From positions 424,706 through 488,705 of the forward strand of contig CAZJXP010000001.1 of assembly GCA_964550175.1 (NCBI GenBank): a stretch of 64,000 nt of DNA, read 5' to 3'. The notes below the pieces were generated by a model, which saw only the letters and a list, made by a program, of their open reading frames with translations, searched no databases and was not told where the DNA came from. Made by a program: the position numbers and the translations under genes. Every line of letters starts with the position of its first letter. The stretch's first letter is position 1. The stretch is from an uncultured Methanosarcinales archaeon (GTDB taxonomy: Archaea > Nanobdellota > Nanobdellia > Woesearchaeales > ARS49). Below, in pieces: positions 34,274-43,417 of the stretch.

Positions 34274-35466
34274 AATTTGCCCATGTCGCGGACGTTCATT
34301 TGGGAGGCTGGCGCGACCCCATCATGCGCGAACTGAACACGCGGGCATTCGTGACGTGCATCGACCGAATCATCGCGGAACAAGTCGACTTTGTGCTGAT
34401 TGCCGGCGACCTGTTCAACACCAGCATGCCCTCGGTCGACTGCCTCAAAGTGGCTGTGCACAAGTTCAACGAGCTCAAACGCGCAAATATTCCCATCTAT
34501 CTCATTCCAGGATCCCATGACTTCAGCCCGAGCGGAAAGAGCATGCTTGACGTGCTCGAAGAAGCCGGGCTGTTCATCAACGTGGTCAAGGGCGACGTTG
34601 TCGACGGAAAGCTCAACCTGAGATTCACGACCGACCCGAAGACCGGAGCGAAAATAACCGGGATGCTCGGCAAACGCGGCGGACTTGACAAGCACTACTA
34701 TGACGACCTGAACCGCGAACCGCTCGAGCGAGAGGCCGGATTCCGCATATTCATGTTCCACTGCGCGCTCCAAGAGGCAAAGCCGAAAGAGCTCGCGCAA
34801 ATGGAAGCGATGAGCGTTTCGTTGTTTCCGAAAGGATTCGACTACTACGCGGGCGGCCACGTGCACGTCGTAGAACGCATCGATCTCGGGACGCACAAGA
34901 ACATCATCTATCCTGGGCCGGTGTTCCCGAACAGCAATGGCGAGCTGGAGAAACTCAAGCACGGAACGTTCGTGCTGTACGACAACGGCACAATCAAGCA
35001 TATCCCAATCGAACTGCATCCGGTCGTGAGCATACGCCTCGATGCGACGGGGTTGACTCCGTCTGTTGCTGAGCAAAAACTGCGTGACCTGCTGGCCGTA
35101 AGCGTTGTTGGAGCTATCGTCACGTTGCACGTGTCCGGCACGCTCAGTGCAGGAAAACCAACCGACATCAACATGAATGACCTCGTGCAAAACACGATGG
35201 ATCGCGGAGCACGCATCGTGCTGAAGAGCACCTCCGCCCTGATGAGCGAGGCGTTTGAACAGATTTCTGTCGCAAAACAATCGGTTGAGGAGATTGAGCT
35301 CGCGCTCATCCGCGAGCACGCCAAAGGCACGGTGTTCGACATCGACCGCGAAAAAAACTTGTTTTCATCGTTAATGCAGCTGTTTTCGGCGGAGAAAGAC
35401 GAAGGGGAAAAATCGGCGGACTACGAGAAGCGACTCACTTCTGATGCGCAGCGCGTGTTCGGGTAG
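34270..35466 (+). CDS. mre11: Mre11/SbcD-family DNA repair nuclease
   Basis: Phosphoesterase motifs ADVHLG, AGDLFN, PGSHD and GGHVH. ATGA overlap with the herA-like gene. Confidence 0.75.
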   Translation: MKFAHVADVHLGGWRDPIMRELNTRAFVTCIDRIIAEQVDFVLIAGDLFNTSMPSVDCLKVAVHKFNELKRANIPIYLIPGSHDFSPSGKSMLDVLEEAGLFINVVKGDVVDGKLNLRFTTDPKTGAKITGMLGKRGGLDKHYYDDLNREPLEREAGFRIFMFHCALQEAKPKELAQMEAMSVSLFPKGFDYYAGGHVHVVERIDLGTHKNIIYPGPVFPNSNGELEKLKHGTFVLYDNGTIKHIPIELHPVVSIRLDATGLTPSVAEQKLRDLLAVSVVGAIVTLHVSGTLSAGKPTDINMNDLVQNTMDRGARIVLKSTSALMSEAFEQISVAKQSVEEIELALIREHAKGTVFDIDREKNLFSSLMQLFSAEKDEGEKSADYEKRLTSDAQRVFG

Positions 35467-36325
35467 GCCAGTCCTCGCGAATCGGCTTGCCTAATTTTGC
35501 TGTCCAGCGCTTGACTAAATGGACATAAGATTCCTTTCTCAGCCAAGTTTTGCCGTGCAGACATTTCGTCTCGACGCCATCCTTGATGAACTCTACGAAC
35601 AGCTTGATTTTGCCATCTTTTCGCTGCTTAGCGTACACCCGCTGGCCAATCTTCATCACGTCGCCAAACAACAGCACTTCCAACGGAGACTCGTTCTTGC
35701 GCATGCGCTTGAAGAATTCGTGGCGCAAATGCTCGAACTTGCTCACGATGATTTTTCGCTCCTTGTACACAAACAACATGACAATGAGGAATATCGCGAA
35801 CAGCACGCCAAAAATGATGTCGAACTGGCGGATCCACGTGATCATCTTCGGGATGAATCGCCCAAACCAAAAGCCCATCAACACCATGAGCGGCACCCAG
35901 ACCAATGCGGCAATCGTGTCCCAAATGAGGAACTCTTTCAACGGCATCTTTGTCGCGCCGGCCGCAATCGGGAAAAACACCCTGATGCCTGACAAGAAAC
36001 GCGAAAAGAATATCGTCTTGCTCCCGTGACGCTCGAAATACGATTCCACCTTCTTGAATTTCTCTTCCGAAAGCAAACGCTTGAACAACTTGCCGCCATG
36101 ATGCCCGATGCCGTAGCCAATCAGATCACCAAGAATAACTGAAATCAGCGACACGACAATCGCGCCGAAAATGTTCATGTACCCGAGCGACGCGACCCAG
36201 CCGGCCGCAAGCATCACGATTTCTTCCGGAAACGGAATGCCAATGCTTCCAATCAGAATCAAGATGACAATCGCGAAGTAGGACACTTCCGTAAGATAAT
36301 TGACAAAGAACTCGAGGAGCGCCAT
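35435..36325 (-). CDS. DedA/VTT-domain membrane protein with a ~105-aa C-terminal soluble extension
   Basis: Start moved to ATG 36325 (MALLEFFVNY), which shares 1 nt with the asnS stop. DedA blocks FPEEIVMLAAGW and FERHGSKTIFFSRFLSGIRVFFPIAAG. Confidence 0.75.
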   Translation of the reverse strand: MALLEFFVNYLTEVSYFAIVILILIGSIGIPFPEEIVMLAAGWVASLGYMNIFGAIVVSLISVILGDLIGYGIGHHGGKLFKRLLSEEKFKKVESYFERHGSKTIFFSRFLSGIRVFFPIAAGATKMPLKEFLIWDTIAALVWVPLMVLMGFWFGRFIPKMITWIRQFDIIFGVLFAIFLIVMLFVYKERKIIVSKFEHLRHEFFKRMRKNESPLEVLLFGDVMKIGQRVYAKQRKDGKIKLFVEFIKDGVETKCLHGKTWLRKESYVHLVKRWTAKLGKPIREDWPTRTRAAHQK

Positions 36326-37614
36326 TAGGGCGTCGAACGCTTGATTGTTCGCGGGAACGGAATCGCGTCGCGGATGCTTTCGAGCTTGCAGACCCAACGG
36401 ACCACACGCTCAATGCCGAGACCGAATCCGGAGTGAGGGACGCTACCGAACCTTCGAAGGTCGAGGTACCAGTTATAGTGCTCGACCTTTTCGCCAGATT
36501 TCTTCAATTTGTTAATGAGGATGTTGACGTCCGTCTCTCGCTCACTGCTACCAATGATTTCGCCGTATCCTTCCGGCGCGAGGACGTCGCAGCATTTGAC
36601 GACGCGAGGGTCGTTCGGGTCGTCCTTCATGTAGAAAGCCTTGACTTCCTTCGGATAGCCCGTGACCCAGAGCGGCTTGTCAAAATGTTTCACGAGCGCT
36701 TCCTCTTCAACTGTTCTGAGGTCCTTGCCCCAAGGAATCTCGATGCCGTCCTTGTGCAGCATCTCGACGGCTTCCGTGTAAGTAATTCTTGGGAACGGCG
36801 GCTTAATCTTTTCCAAATCGCGGTAATCACGACCTAAGATGGTAAGTTCTTCCCGACAATGCTTCGCGACGTGCTGACAAATTGCGGTGATCAATCCTTG
36901 CTCCAACGCAATGAGCCCTTCGAAATCTTGCCAAGCCGTCTCGCCTTCCAAATGCCAATACTCAGTCAAATGACGATTGGTCTTGCTCGGCTCAGCACGG
37001 AAGCTCGGCGTGAGCGCCCAGACCTTTTCGAGCGAAAAAATCATCGCCTCAAGATACAACTGCGCGCTCTGGCTCAGGAACACGTCCTCGCCGAAATAGT
37101 CAACATGAAAGAGGGTCGAGCCTCCTTCGCATGAGCTTCCCGTGATGATCGGCGGAGTTGTTTCAAAATAACCCGCGCTGTCAAAATAATCCCGTACTGC
37201 CTTCAACACCTGGGCTTTCACTTTCCAGACAGCCGTCAATTCCCGGCTACGAATCCACAAGTGGCGCTTGTCGAGCAAGTCCTCAGTAGATTGGTCCTTC
37301 GTGATGGGGAAACGCTCGGCGCGGTGGACGACGTTCAGATGGTCGACCTCGACCTCAAAGCCCGTCGGAGCGCGCTTGTCCTCTTTCAGCGTACCGGAAA
37401 GCTCGATTGCGCTTTCGATAAGGATTGTTTCAGCCGCTGCCCAGATTTCGGGCGTGACCTTGTCCTTCTTGATGACGCACTGGATGATGTTAGTACGGTC
37501 TCTCAAGACGACGAACGCGAAAGCGTTGCTCTTTCGTTCTCGATAGACCCAGCCGCGCAAATGCACCTTGCCTGAGGCTTTCTTGATTGCATCAGCGACC
37601 GTGATGAATTCCAT
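36325..37614 (-). CDS. asnS: Asparaginyl-tRNA synthetase
   Basis: Class IIb. OB-fold N-domain, motif 2 FRAEPSKTNRHLTEYWHLEGE, motif 3 GFGLGIERVV, C-terminal IPFPRTIKRSTP. Confidence 0.8.
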   Translation of the reverse strand: MEFITVADAIKKASGKVHLRGWVYRERKSNAFAFVVLRDRTNIIQCVIKKDKVTPEIWAAAETILIESAIELSGTLKEDKRAPTGFEVEVDHLNVVHRAERFPITKDQSTEDLLDKRHLWIRSRELTAVWKVKAQVLKAVRDYFDSAGYFETTPPIITGSSCEGGSTLFHVDYFGEDVFLSQSAQLYLEAMIFSLEKVWALTPSFRAEPSKTNRHLTEYWHLEGETAWQDFEGLIALEQGLITAICQHVAKHCREELTILGRDYRDLEKIKPPFPRITYTEAVEMLHKDGIEIPWGKDLRTVEEEALVKHFDKPLWVTGYPKEVKAFYMKDDPNDPRVVKCCDVLAPEGYGEIIGSSERETDVNILINKLKKSGEKVEHYNWYLDLRRFGSVPHSGFGLGIERVVRWVCKLESIRDAIPFPRTIKRSTP

Positions 37615-37713
37615 AGTTTGGTCGCGGCTTTGTCGCTATAAAAAGGTTGTGCCACGAATGACGACCTCAATTATGTCAGAGCGAATAAAAAGGAGGATGT
37701 CCTTCTTCGGGCG

Positions 37714-38490
37714 ATGCTCGAAAAACTTCTGCTCGCGACCGCGCTCGGCTGCACGACGCTCAGCGGCTGCGCCGCGCAGCAAAAGCTCGAATACGTTTCA
37801 GAAGTCTCGACAAAAGAAGTGGCTGAAAAGACCGTTGACTATCTTGCTCAAGGGCAAGCCAAGGAAGCATTGCATTATTTGGACAAGCACGACCGAAAGG
37901 GCGCGACGATGTCCTACCTGCGGGCAATAACCACCGTCGCAAAAGCCGGACCTCCTGACGCGACGAACTTCATCGAGTACATCACCGCAGGAAACCATTT
38001 CGAGGACTTCTTCAACTACATCTCGCAATGCCCGACACTCATAGAAAATACTCAGCAAGAAATTCCTCCGCGACTGTTCGAGCTGCCCATCTACAAGGAC
38101 GGCAAAAACGGGCTGCGCTCGTTCGTGCGCAATCCCGGAAAGCTTTGGTGGTGGCACATCATTTCCGAAGACGACCAGAAAAAAACGCTCAGCAACTGCT
38201 ATGCGACACTTCCGGCGATGGAAATTGTGGAAGGAAACTACGGCAATTGCGCGCGAGCGTTGAAGATTGGGAAGCCGCATTTCCTGCCTGGACGACGAGA
38301 CAGAATAAAATACGCCATTGACAGTTGGTTTGTTTATCTCGTGCGCGAAAGTTCGGCATTAACCCTCGATGACCCTCGACGCACAGCCGTTGAATTGCGC
38401 ATCAAAGACGTCGAAAAGCTCGCCGAAGTGCTAGAACAGCCAAAAACCAATCAAGCGACAGTGCACGTCATCACTGATCCACAGAAATAA
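37714..38490 (+). CDS. Hypothetical secreted/lipoprotein-like protein
   Basis: N-terminus MLEKLLLATALGCTTLSGCAAQQ (signal peptide with a lipobox-like LSGC). No other motif. Confidence 0.55.
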   Translation: MLEKLLLATALGCTTLSGCAAQQKLEYVSEVSTKEVAEKTVDYLAQGQAKEALHYLDKHDRKGATMSYLRAITTVAKAGPPDATNFIEYITAGNHFEDFFNYISQCPTLIENTQQEIPPRLFELPIYKDGKNGLRSFVRNPGKLWWWHIISEDDQKKTLSNCYATLPAMEIVEGNYGNCARALKIGKPHFLPGRRDRIKYAIDSWFVYLVRESSALTLDDPRRTAVELRIKDVEKLAEVLEQPKTNQATVHVITDPQK

Positions 38491-38932
38491 TCTTCGGCTT
38501 AACGACTTTTTCCCAGTCTTCGATGCTCATCTGAATGCTCGTATCATGACGGCCCGCGTTGAAGTTGATTCTCTCGTTTCGGTAGAGCGATTTGTCAACG
38601 TAGACGGGAATGCCGAACAGGTTCCCGAAAGGAGGGATGCTGCCGATAGTGCAGTGCGTCACTTCGAACGCCTCTTCCGGCGTTGCGAGGCTCAATGATT
38701 TTGCCTTCAGTACGAACTTCAGCATCTTCATGTCCGCCTTCTTATCGCCCGCGATGACGAGCATCGCGAACTTGCCCTCGCTGCGGAAAATCAGCGCCTT
38801 CGCGCCGGACATGACCTCCGTGCCGCGGATGGCCGCACCCTCTTCAGAAGTCGAGCACTCCTTGTGCGTCCAGCATTTGTAATCCATAGCATTGCCGTCC
38901 AGCAATTTCCTGATTTCATCAAGAACAATCAT
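38471..38932 (-). CDS. YbaK/ProX-type aminoacyl-tRNA deacylase
   Basis: Start moved to ATG 38932 to clear aspS. ALIFRSEGKFAMLVIAGDKKADMK...GSIPPFGNLFGIPVYVD pattern. Confidence 0.75.
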   Translation of the reverse strand: MIVLDEIRKLLDGNAMDYKCWTHKECSTSEEGAAIRGTEVMSGAKALIFRSEGKFAMLVIAGDKKADMKMLKFVLKAKSLSLATPEEAFEVTHCTIGSIPPFGNLFGIPVYVDKSLYRNERINFNAGRHDTSIQMSIEDWEKVVKPKIISVDQ

Positions 38933-38984
38933 AACTATGGCAGATCTCGTACTGCGGTCCTCGGAGCCATGAGCTCTGAGGCGC

Positions 38985-40346
38985 TCATGGAACAACGCGT
39001 TCAGGGTCGCGCGGGAACAACACGGCGTCTCGAACGTTCTCGAGCTTCAGCAACTTCATGACCAATCGGTCCATCCCCATGCCAAATCCGCCGTGGGTCG
39101 GGGCGCCGAACTTGAACGGAGTGGTGTAAAAGTCGAAATCCTTGAGCTTCATTCCTTTGTCGCTGATTTGCGCGCAGAGCTGGTCGTAGCGGTGCTCGCG
39201 CTGCCCGCCGGAAACCAATTCTGTGCCGCAATACTCGAAGTCAAATCCTCGTGACAGCTGGCCGTCACGCATGATGTAGAACGCGCGTTGGCTGGCCGGA
39301 TATTTCGTCAAGAAATACGCGTCTGCCCCGAACTTCTTCTTGACAAGCTCGCCGAGCTTCTTCTCTTCTTCGATACCGAGGTCGAAGTCAGACGGAAGGT
39401 TCGCGCCGTGCTCGTTCAAGAGCTCGATGCCTTTTGCGACGGTTATCCTCGGGAACGGAAGGGCCGGAACTTCAATCGTGACGCCGATGAGCTTCAACGA
39501 CTCTGCGCACAGCTCGTTGATGTCCTTGCAGACCTGGACGAACAATCGCTCCAACACTTTGAGGACATCGTCCTCGTCCTTGATGAACGACATTTCAAAA
39601 TCAAAATGGGTGAACTCAGTCAAATGGCGCATCGTGTGCGACTTTTCCGCTCGGAAGGACGGACCAATCTCAAAAATCTTTTCGAATCCTGCAATAAGCA
39701 TCATTTGCTTGTACAACTGCTGTGATTGAGAAAGATACACGGTCTTGTCGTAATACTGTACGGGGAACAAGGTCGCGCCGCCTTCTGCGCCGGCCGAGAT
39801 GATCTTCGGCGTCTGCATTTCGATGAAGCCTTCCTTTGCGAGGAAGTTTCGGATGCTCCAGTTGACCATACTTCGAACTTTGAAGATTGCGAGGTTTCTC
39901 GGATTTCTTAAGTCCAGGAACCGGTTATCCAATCGCTTGTCAAGTCCAGTCGGGATTTTGCCAGAAATATCGATGGGTAAGTTCGGATCGGCACGCGAGA
40001 TGACCTCAAAGTCATGCAATGTGACTTCCTTCGCGCCAGACGTCTGCTTGCCCTGCTTGACCTTGCCGTGGCAAACGATGACGGATTCCTTTGACAACTC
40101 GGCGACTTCCTTAAACTGCGGACAGTCCGACAGAACAGTTACTTGGACTTCCCCTTCACGGTCACGAAGCTTGATGAACGCTATTTTACCCAGATTTCGG
40201 ATATCTGACGCCCAGCCTGCAAGAATAACATCATCCCCTTCCTTGCGAAGCTGGACTTCCTTGGAATGGATGCGCTGGTGCAAGTCAATCATAGCTTCAT
40301 TGACAAGCGCGGCGTTTAAAAAACTTGCGTGCTCGCCAAAACGCAT
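38985..40346 (-). CDS. aspS: Aspartyl-tRNA synthetase (archaeal type)
   Basis: Class IIb. Motif 2 FRAEKSHTMRHLTEFTHFDFE, motif 3 GGFGMGMDRLVM, C-terminal VLFPRDPERVVP. The start could instead be an internal ATG. Confidence 0.8.
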   Translation of the reverse strand: MRFGEHASFLNAALVNEAMIDLHQRIHSKEVQLRKEGDDVILAGWASDIRNLGKIAFIKLRDREGEVQVTVLSDCPQFKEVAELSKESVIVCHGKVKQGKQTSGAKEVTLHDFEVISRADPNLPIDISGKIPTGLDKRLDNRFLDLRNPRNLAIFKVRSMVNWSIRNFLAKEGFIEMQTPKIISAGAEGGATLFPVQYYDKTVYLSQSQQLYKQMMLIAGFEKIFEIGPSFRAEKSHTMRHLTEFTHFDFEMSFIKDEDDVLKVLERLFVQVCKDINELCAESLKLIGVTIEVPALPFPRITVAKGIELLNEHGANLPSDFDLGIEEEKKLGELVKKKFGADAYFLTKYPASQRAFYIMRDGQLSRGFDFEYCGTELVSGGQREHRYDQLCAQISDKGMKLKDFDFYTTPFKFGAPTHGGFGMGMDRLVMKLLKLENVRDAVLFPRDPERVVP

Positions 40347-40403
40347 TACAAAAGCTTTATATATCCTATCTCGTTGAATTCATTCAGTAAAAAGTCGTGA
40401 ACG

Positions 40404-40985
40404 ATGGCAACTACTGTCTTAGGAAATGTACTGGAGTTTTTCGCCAAGATTGGCATCTACGATGTCGTCCTTCCGTTCATGCTTGTGTTCACGATTGTCT
40501 ATGCTATTTTTGACCGAACAAGGATTCTCGGAACTGAAAAAATAGGCAAGGAAGACCACCCGAAGCGAAACCTGAACGCAATGATCGCGTTCGTGATCGG
40601 CTTCATGGTCATCGCGTCGAGCAAGCTCGTCGCGACGATTACGAGCGTGTCCAGCAATGTCGTCGTTCTCTTGCTCTTAGGCGTGTTTTTCCTGATGCTT
40701 GTCGGCACGTTCTTCAAGGAAGGCGGGCTCTGGGACGAAAAGACAGGTTTGCACGGCGGCATCAAGTGGACGTTCATCATCATCATGTTGATTGGTATCA
40801 TTGCCGTGTTTTTGAACGGACTGAAAACGGATTCGGGAGAAAGCTGGCTTGATTATTCGTTGAACTATCTCTCGGCACACTGGAGCGACACGGCGGTTGC
40901 TAGTGTCATATTGATTATCCTCGTGATATTGTTCATCTGGTATTTGTCGAGCGGAAGCAAGCCGGCAGCAGGAGGAACCCCTTAA
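40404..40985 (+). CDS. 5-TM membrane protein, paralogue 1 of 3
   Basis: 193 aa. N-terminus VLEFFAKIGIYDVVLPFMLVFTIVYAIF is shared with the next two ORFs. Ends AAGGTP. Confidence 0.7.
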   Translation: MATTVLGNVLEFFAKIGIYDVVLPFMLVFTIVYAIFDRTRILGTEKIGKEDHPKRNLNAMIAFVIGFMVIASSKLVATITSVSSNVVVLLLLGVFFLMLVGTFFKEGGLWDEKTGLHGGIKWTFIIIMLIGIIAVFLNGLKTDSGESWLDYSLNYLSAHWSDTAVASVILIILVILFIWYLSSGSKPAAGGTP

Positions 40986-40986
40986 C

Positions 40987-41595
40987 ATGGCAATCGGACC
41001 GCTCGCGAATGTGTTCAACTACCTTAATAATCTTGGATTTATGGATATTATCTTGCCGTTTGCAATCATCTTCGCAATTGTTTGGGCAGTATTGAAAAAA
41101 GTAAAACTTTTTGATAACGATAAAATTAGTGTAATACTTGCATTATCAATTGCACTCATCTCAATCATTCCTCATGCGACGGGAACTTATCAAGAGTACG
41201 ATGTTGTCAATTTTATCAACACGACGTTTCCGCAAGTAGGGCTCATCCTCATTTCTCTTGTTTTGTTAATGGTCGTCATAGGCTTACTCGGTGGAAAAGC
41301 CGCACACGACAGCTGGTTTGTCGGAATCGCAGGAATCCTCGGAGTTATTCTCTTACTCGTTGTATTCTGGAGAGCGTTGTTCCCGTACCAATCACCAAGC
41401 TGGCTTTCATTCCTTGACGATCCGAACACCCAGGCATTAGTTATCATCCTGCTCGTATTTGGTTTGATTGTTTATTTTGTGACCAAGAAAAGTCCAGGTG
41501 AAACGGGATATGTAGCATCCGATCCTGGAAAATCATTAAGTAATTTTCTGAAAGGATTCTATGGTGGCGGCGGAGGTGGCGGAACCCCCCCGTAA
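40987..41595 (+). CDS. 5-TM membrane protein, paralogue 2 of 3
   Basis: 202 aa. VFNYLNNLGFMDIILPFAIIFAIVWAVL. Ends GGGGGGGTPP. 1-nt gap to the upstream gene. Confidence 0.7.
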   Translation: MAIGPLANVFNYLNNLGFMDIILPFAIIFAIVWAVLKKVKLFDNDKISVILALSIALISIIPHATGTYQEYDVVNFINTTFPQVGLILISLVLLMVVIGLLGGKAAHDSWFVGIAGILGVILLLVVFWRALFPYQSPSWLSFLDDPNTQALVIILLVFGLIVYFVTKKSPGETGYVASDPGKSLSNFLKGFYGGGGGGGTPP

Positions 41596-41598
41596 CCC

Positions 41599-42153
41599 AT
41601 GGCAACCCCTCTCGACTTCGGACTGTTGAAGAGCTTCTCAAGCCTATTTCCGTTCTTGCTCGTCACAGTGACGGTCTTTGCGGTGTTGTGCAAGCTCGCC
41701 CCGTTCAAGGACCAGAAAGGAATCTATGCGTTCATCGCGTTCATTCTCGGCGTAATGACCCTGTTCAGTCCGATTGCGATCAAAACCGTCAACCGCATGG
41801 CACCCTGGTTCGTGCTCTTTTTCATCTTCAGCATTTTCGTATTGCTTGCGTTCCAAGTGTTCGGCATATCGGAAGCGACCATCGGAAGCGTCATCACCAG
41901 TTCCGAGCACGGCGACACGTTCTTCTACTGGGTCATTGCGATGGTGCTCGTCATTGGCGTCGGCTCCCTAACGAGCGTCATCTCCGAAGAGAAAGGATTC
42001 ACTAGCAACTCAACCGAAGTTGAACCTGAAGTCAAAGGGGAAGAATCAGTCGGATTCGTCCAGACCATCGTGCACCCGAAAGTTTTGGGCATGATACTCC
42101 TACTATTGGTGGCCGCGTTCACCGTACGAAATCTCAGCAAATACGAGAAGTAA
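41599..42153 (+). CDS. 5-TM membrane protein, paralogue 3 of 3
   Basis: 184 aa, same TM layout and more divergent (LLKSFSSLFPFLLVTVTVFAVL). 3-nt gap. Confidence 0.7.
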   Translation: MATPLDFGLLKSFSSLFPFLLVTVTVFAVLCKLAPFKDQKGIYAFIAFILGVMTLFSPIAIKTVNRMAPWFVLFFIFSIFVLLAFQVFGISEATIGSVITSSEHGDTFFYWVIAMVLVIGVGSLTSVISEEKGFTSNSTEVEPEVKGEESVGFVQTIVHPKVLGMILLLLVAAFTVRNLSKYEK

Positions 42154-42155
42154 CC

Positions 42156-42761
42156 ATGGCACTCCTTGACTTTTTGAAAAAGAAGGCCCCGGAACAGTAT
42201 GTTCCTCCGGCGCTGTCATCGCCCGTCGACCAGGTTCTTGCGATGCAGCAGCAAGGCTTGACGAACAACCAGATCGTGCAAGCCCTCCAGCGCCAAGGCT
42301 ATGACACCGGCACCATCATGGACGCATTATCCCAAGCGGAAGCCAAGCGAGGCGTAGAACCGTTCCAGCCCGCGCCAGAAGACCATCCCTCATACAATCC
42401 CCCTCAACGAGAGCAGCAGCCTGCCAAGAGCGAGGCGTTCGAAGAAATCGCTGAACACATCGTGGACGAAAAATGGCAGGAATTCGTCAAGGAAATGACC
42501 AAGATGTCCGAATGGAAGGACCAAGTCAACTCACGACTCGACCGATTGGAACAGTCAATGGCGGACGTCAAGGCCGACCTCGACAACTTGCACCGCTCAA
42601 TCTTGGGCAAGATCGGCGAATACGACAAGAACCTTCTCGATGTCGGCACCGAAATCAAGGCCATGGAAAAAGTGTTCCAGAAAGTCCTGCCGACTTTGAC
42701 TGAGAATGTGGCTGAACTCTCACGAGTAACTAAGATCGTCAAAGGACCGGTTAAGAAGTAG
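42156..42761 (+). CDS. Coiled-coil protein with a small N-terminal helical module
   Basis: 201 aa, 2 nt after paralogue 3. N-terminal QGLTNNQIVQALQRQGYDTGTIMDAL, a Pro-rich linker, then about 100 aa of heptad repeats. Confidence 0.65.
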   Translation: MALLDFLKKKAPEQYVPPALSSPVDQVLAMQQQGLTNNQIVQALQRQGYDTGTIMDALSQAEAKRGVEPFQPAPEDHPSYNPPQREQQPAKSEAFEEIAEHIVDEKWQEFVKEMTKMSEWKDQVNSRLDRLEQSMADVKADLDNLHRSILGKIGEYDKNLLDVGTEIKAMEKVFQKVLPTLTENVAELSRVTKIVKGPVKK

Positions 42762-42888
42762 TTCTAGTCAGAGTAAACTTTTTACCGCCACGTTTGGTAT
42801 AGTCGTTACCTTTAGAATTCTTGTTAGGATAAAACGAACGACTCAAAATCTGCAGGGGAGAGCAACTTAAACAACAGCGGACTAACTC

Positions 42889-43338
42889 TTACTCCTCGTG
42901 CATCTCTTCCTTATGCACGCCTAACTTCTCATCGATCAACTTATCCACTTGATCGTGCGAAACGAATCTAATCGGATCCCACATCTCGATGTAGCGCTTC
43001 AGGACGTCGACGTCCTCCTTGCGGGCGGTCAGCTGGAGTTCCTTGATGGCCATGACGACGCGGTCCTCAACGACACGAAGCGTCTTCTTCATCTCCATCA
43101 AGTCCGTCTGGGCGTTCTTGGCGTCCATTAACGCCTTCTTCTGGTGGCCAAGCATGTTCTGTTCTATCAATTGCAGTTTGCGGCGAAGATCAGAATACCT
43201 TTCTTCCGCGACGCGGAGGCGCGTCGTGAGCATAGTCACGTCCTGCTGCATTGAGGTATCTGCCTCCATGAGCGGTTTTTGGCCGAACATCGTGCCAAAT
43301 CCTCTCTTCTCAGCTGAGACTGGGTCTGTGTCTGCCAT
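42889..43338 (-). CDS. Coiled-coil protein
   Basis: 149 aa, mostly heptad-like, divergent from the ATPase gene. Confidence 0.6.
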   Translation of the reverse strand: MADTDPVSAEKRGFGTMFGQKPLMEADTSMQQDVTMLTTRLRVAEERYSDLRRKLQLIEQNMLGHQKKALMDAKNAQTDLMEMKKTLRVVEDRVVMAIKELQLTARKEDVDVLKRYIEMWDPIRFVSHDQVDKLIDEKLGVHKEEMHEE

Positions 43339-43417
43339 CGGAATTTTTATATACCGTGATGCCAGAATGCGGTTACGAGCTAGTTAAACTTATGTTACTA
43401 CAAGCGAGGAAAAAAGG

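Noticed and set aside
33829-35319. 496-aa ORF on the minus strand
   Set aside because: It lies entirely antisense to the herA-like and mre11-like genes, which carry clear Walker and phosphoesterase motifs. Its translation is Arg/His/Val-rich with no motif, typical of an antisense shadow ORF in moderately GC-rich DNA.
42219-42341. MshEN-type c-di-GMP-binding motif in the coiled-coil protein head or the ATPase N-terminal extension
   Set aside because: The segment lacks the leading RLG. The spacing of the hydrophobic and Gln positions is off by one relative to the 24-residue motif as I remember it. No such motif is visible in the ATPase N-terminus either.
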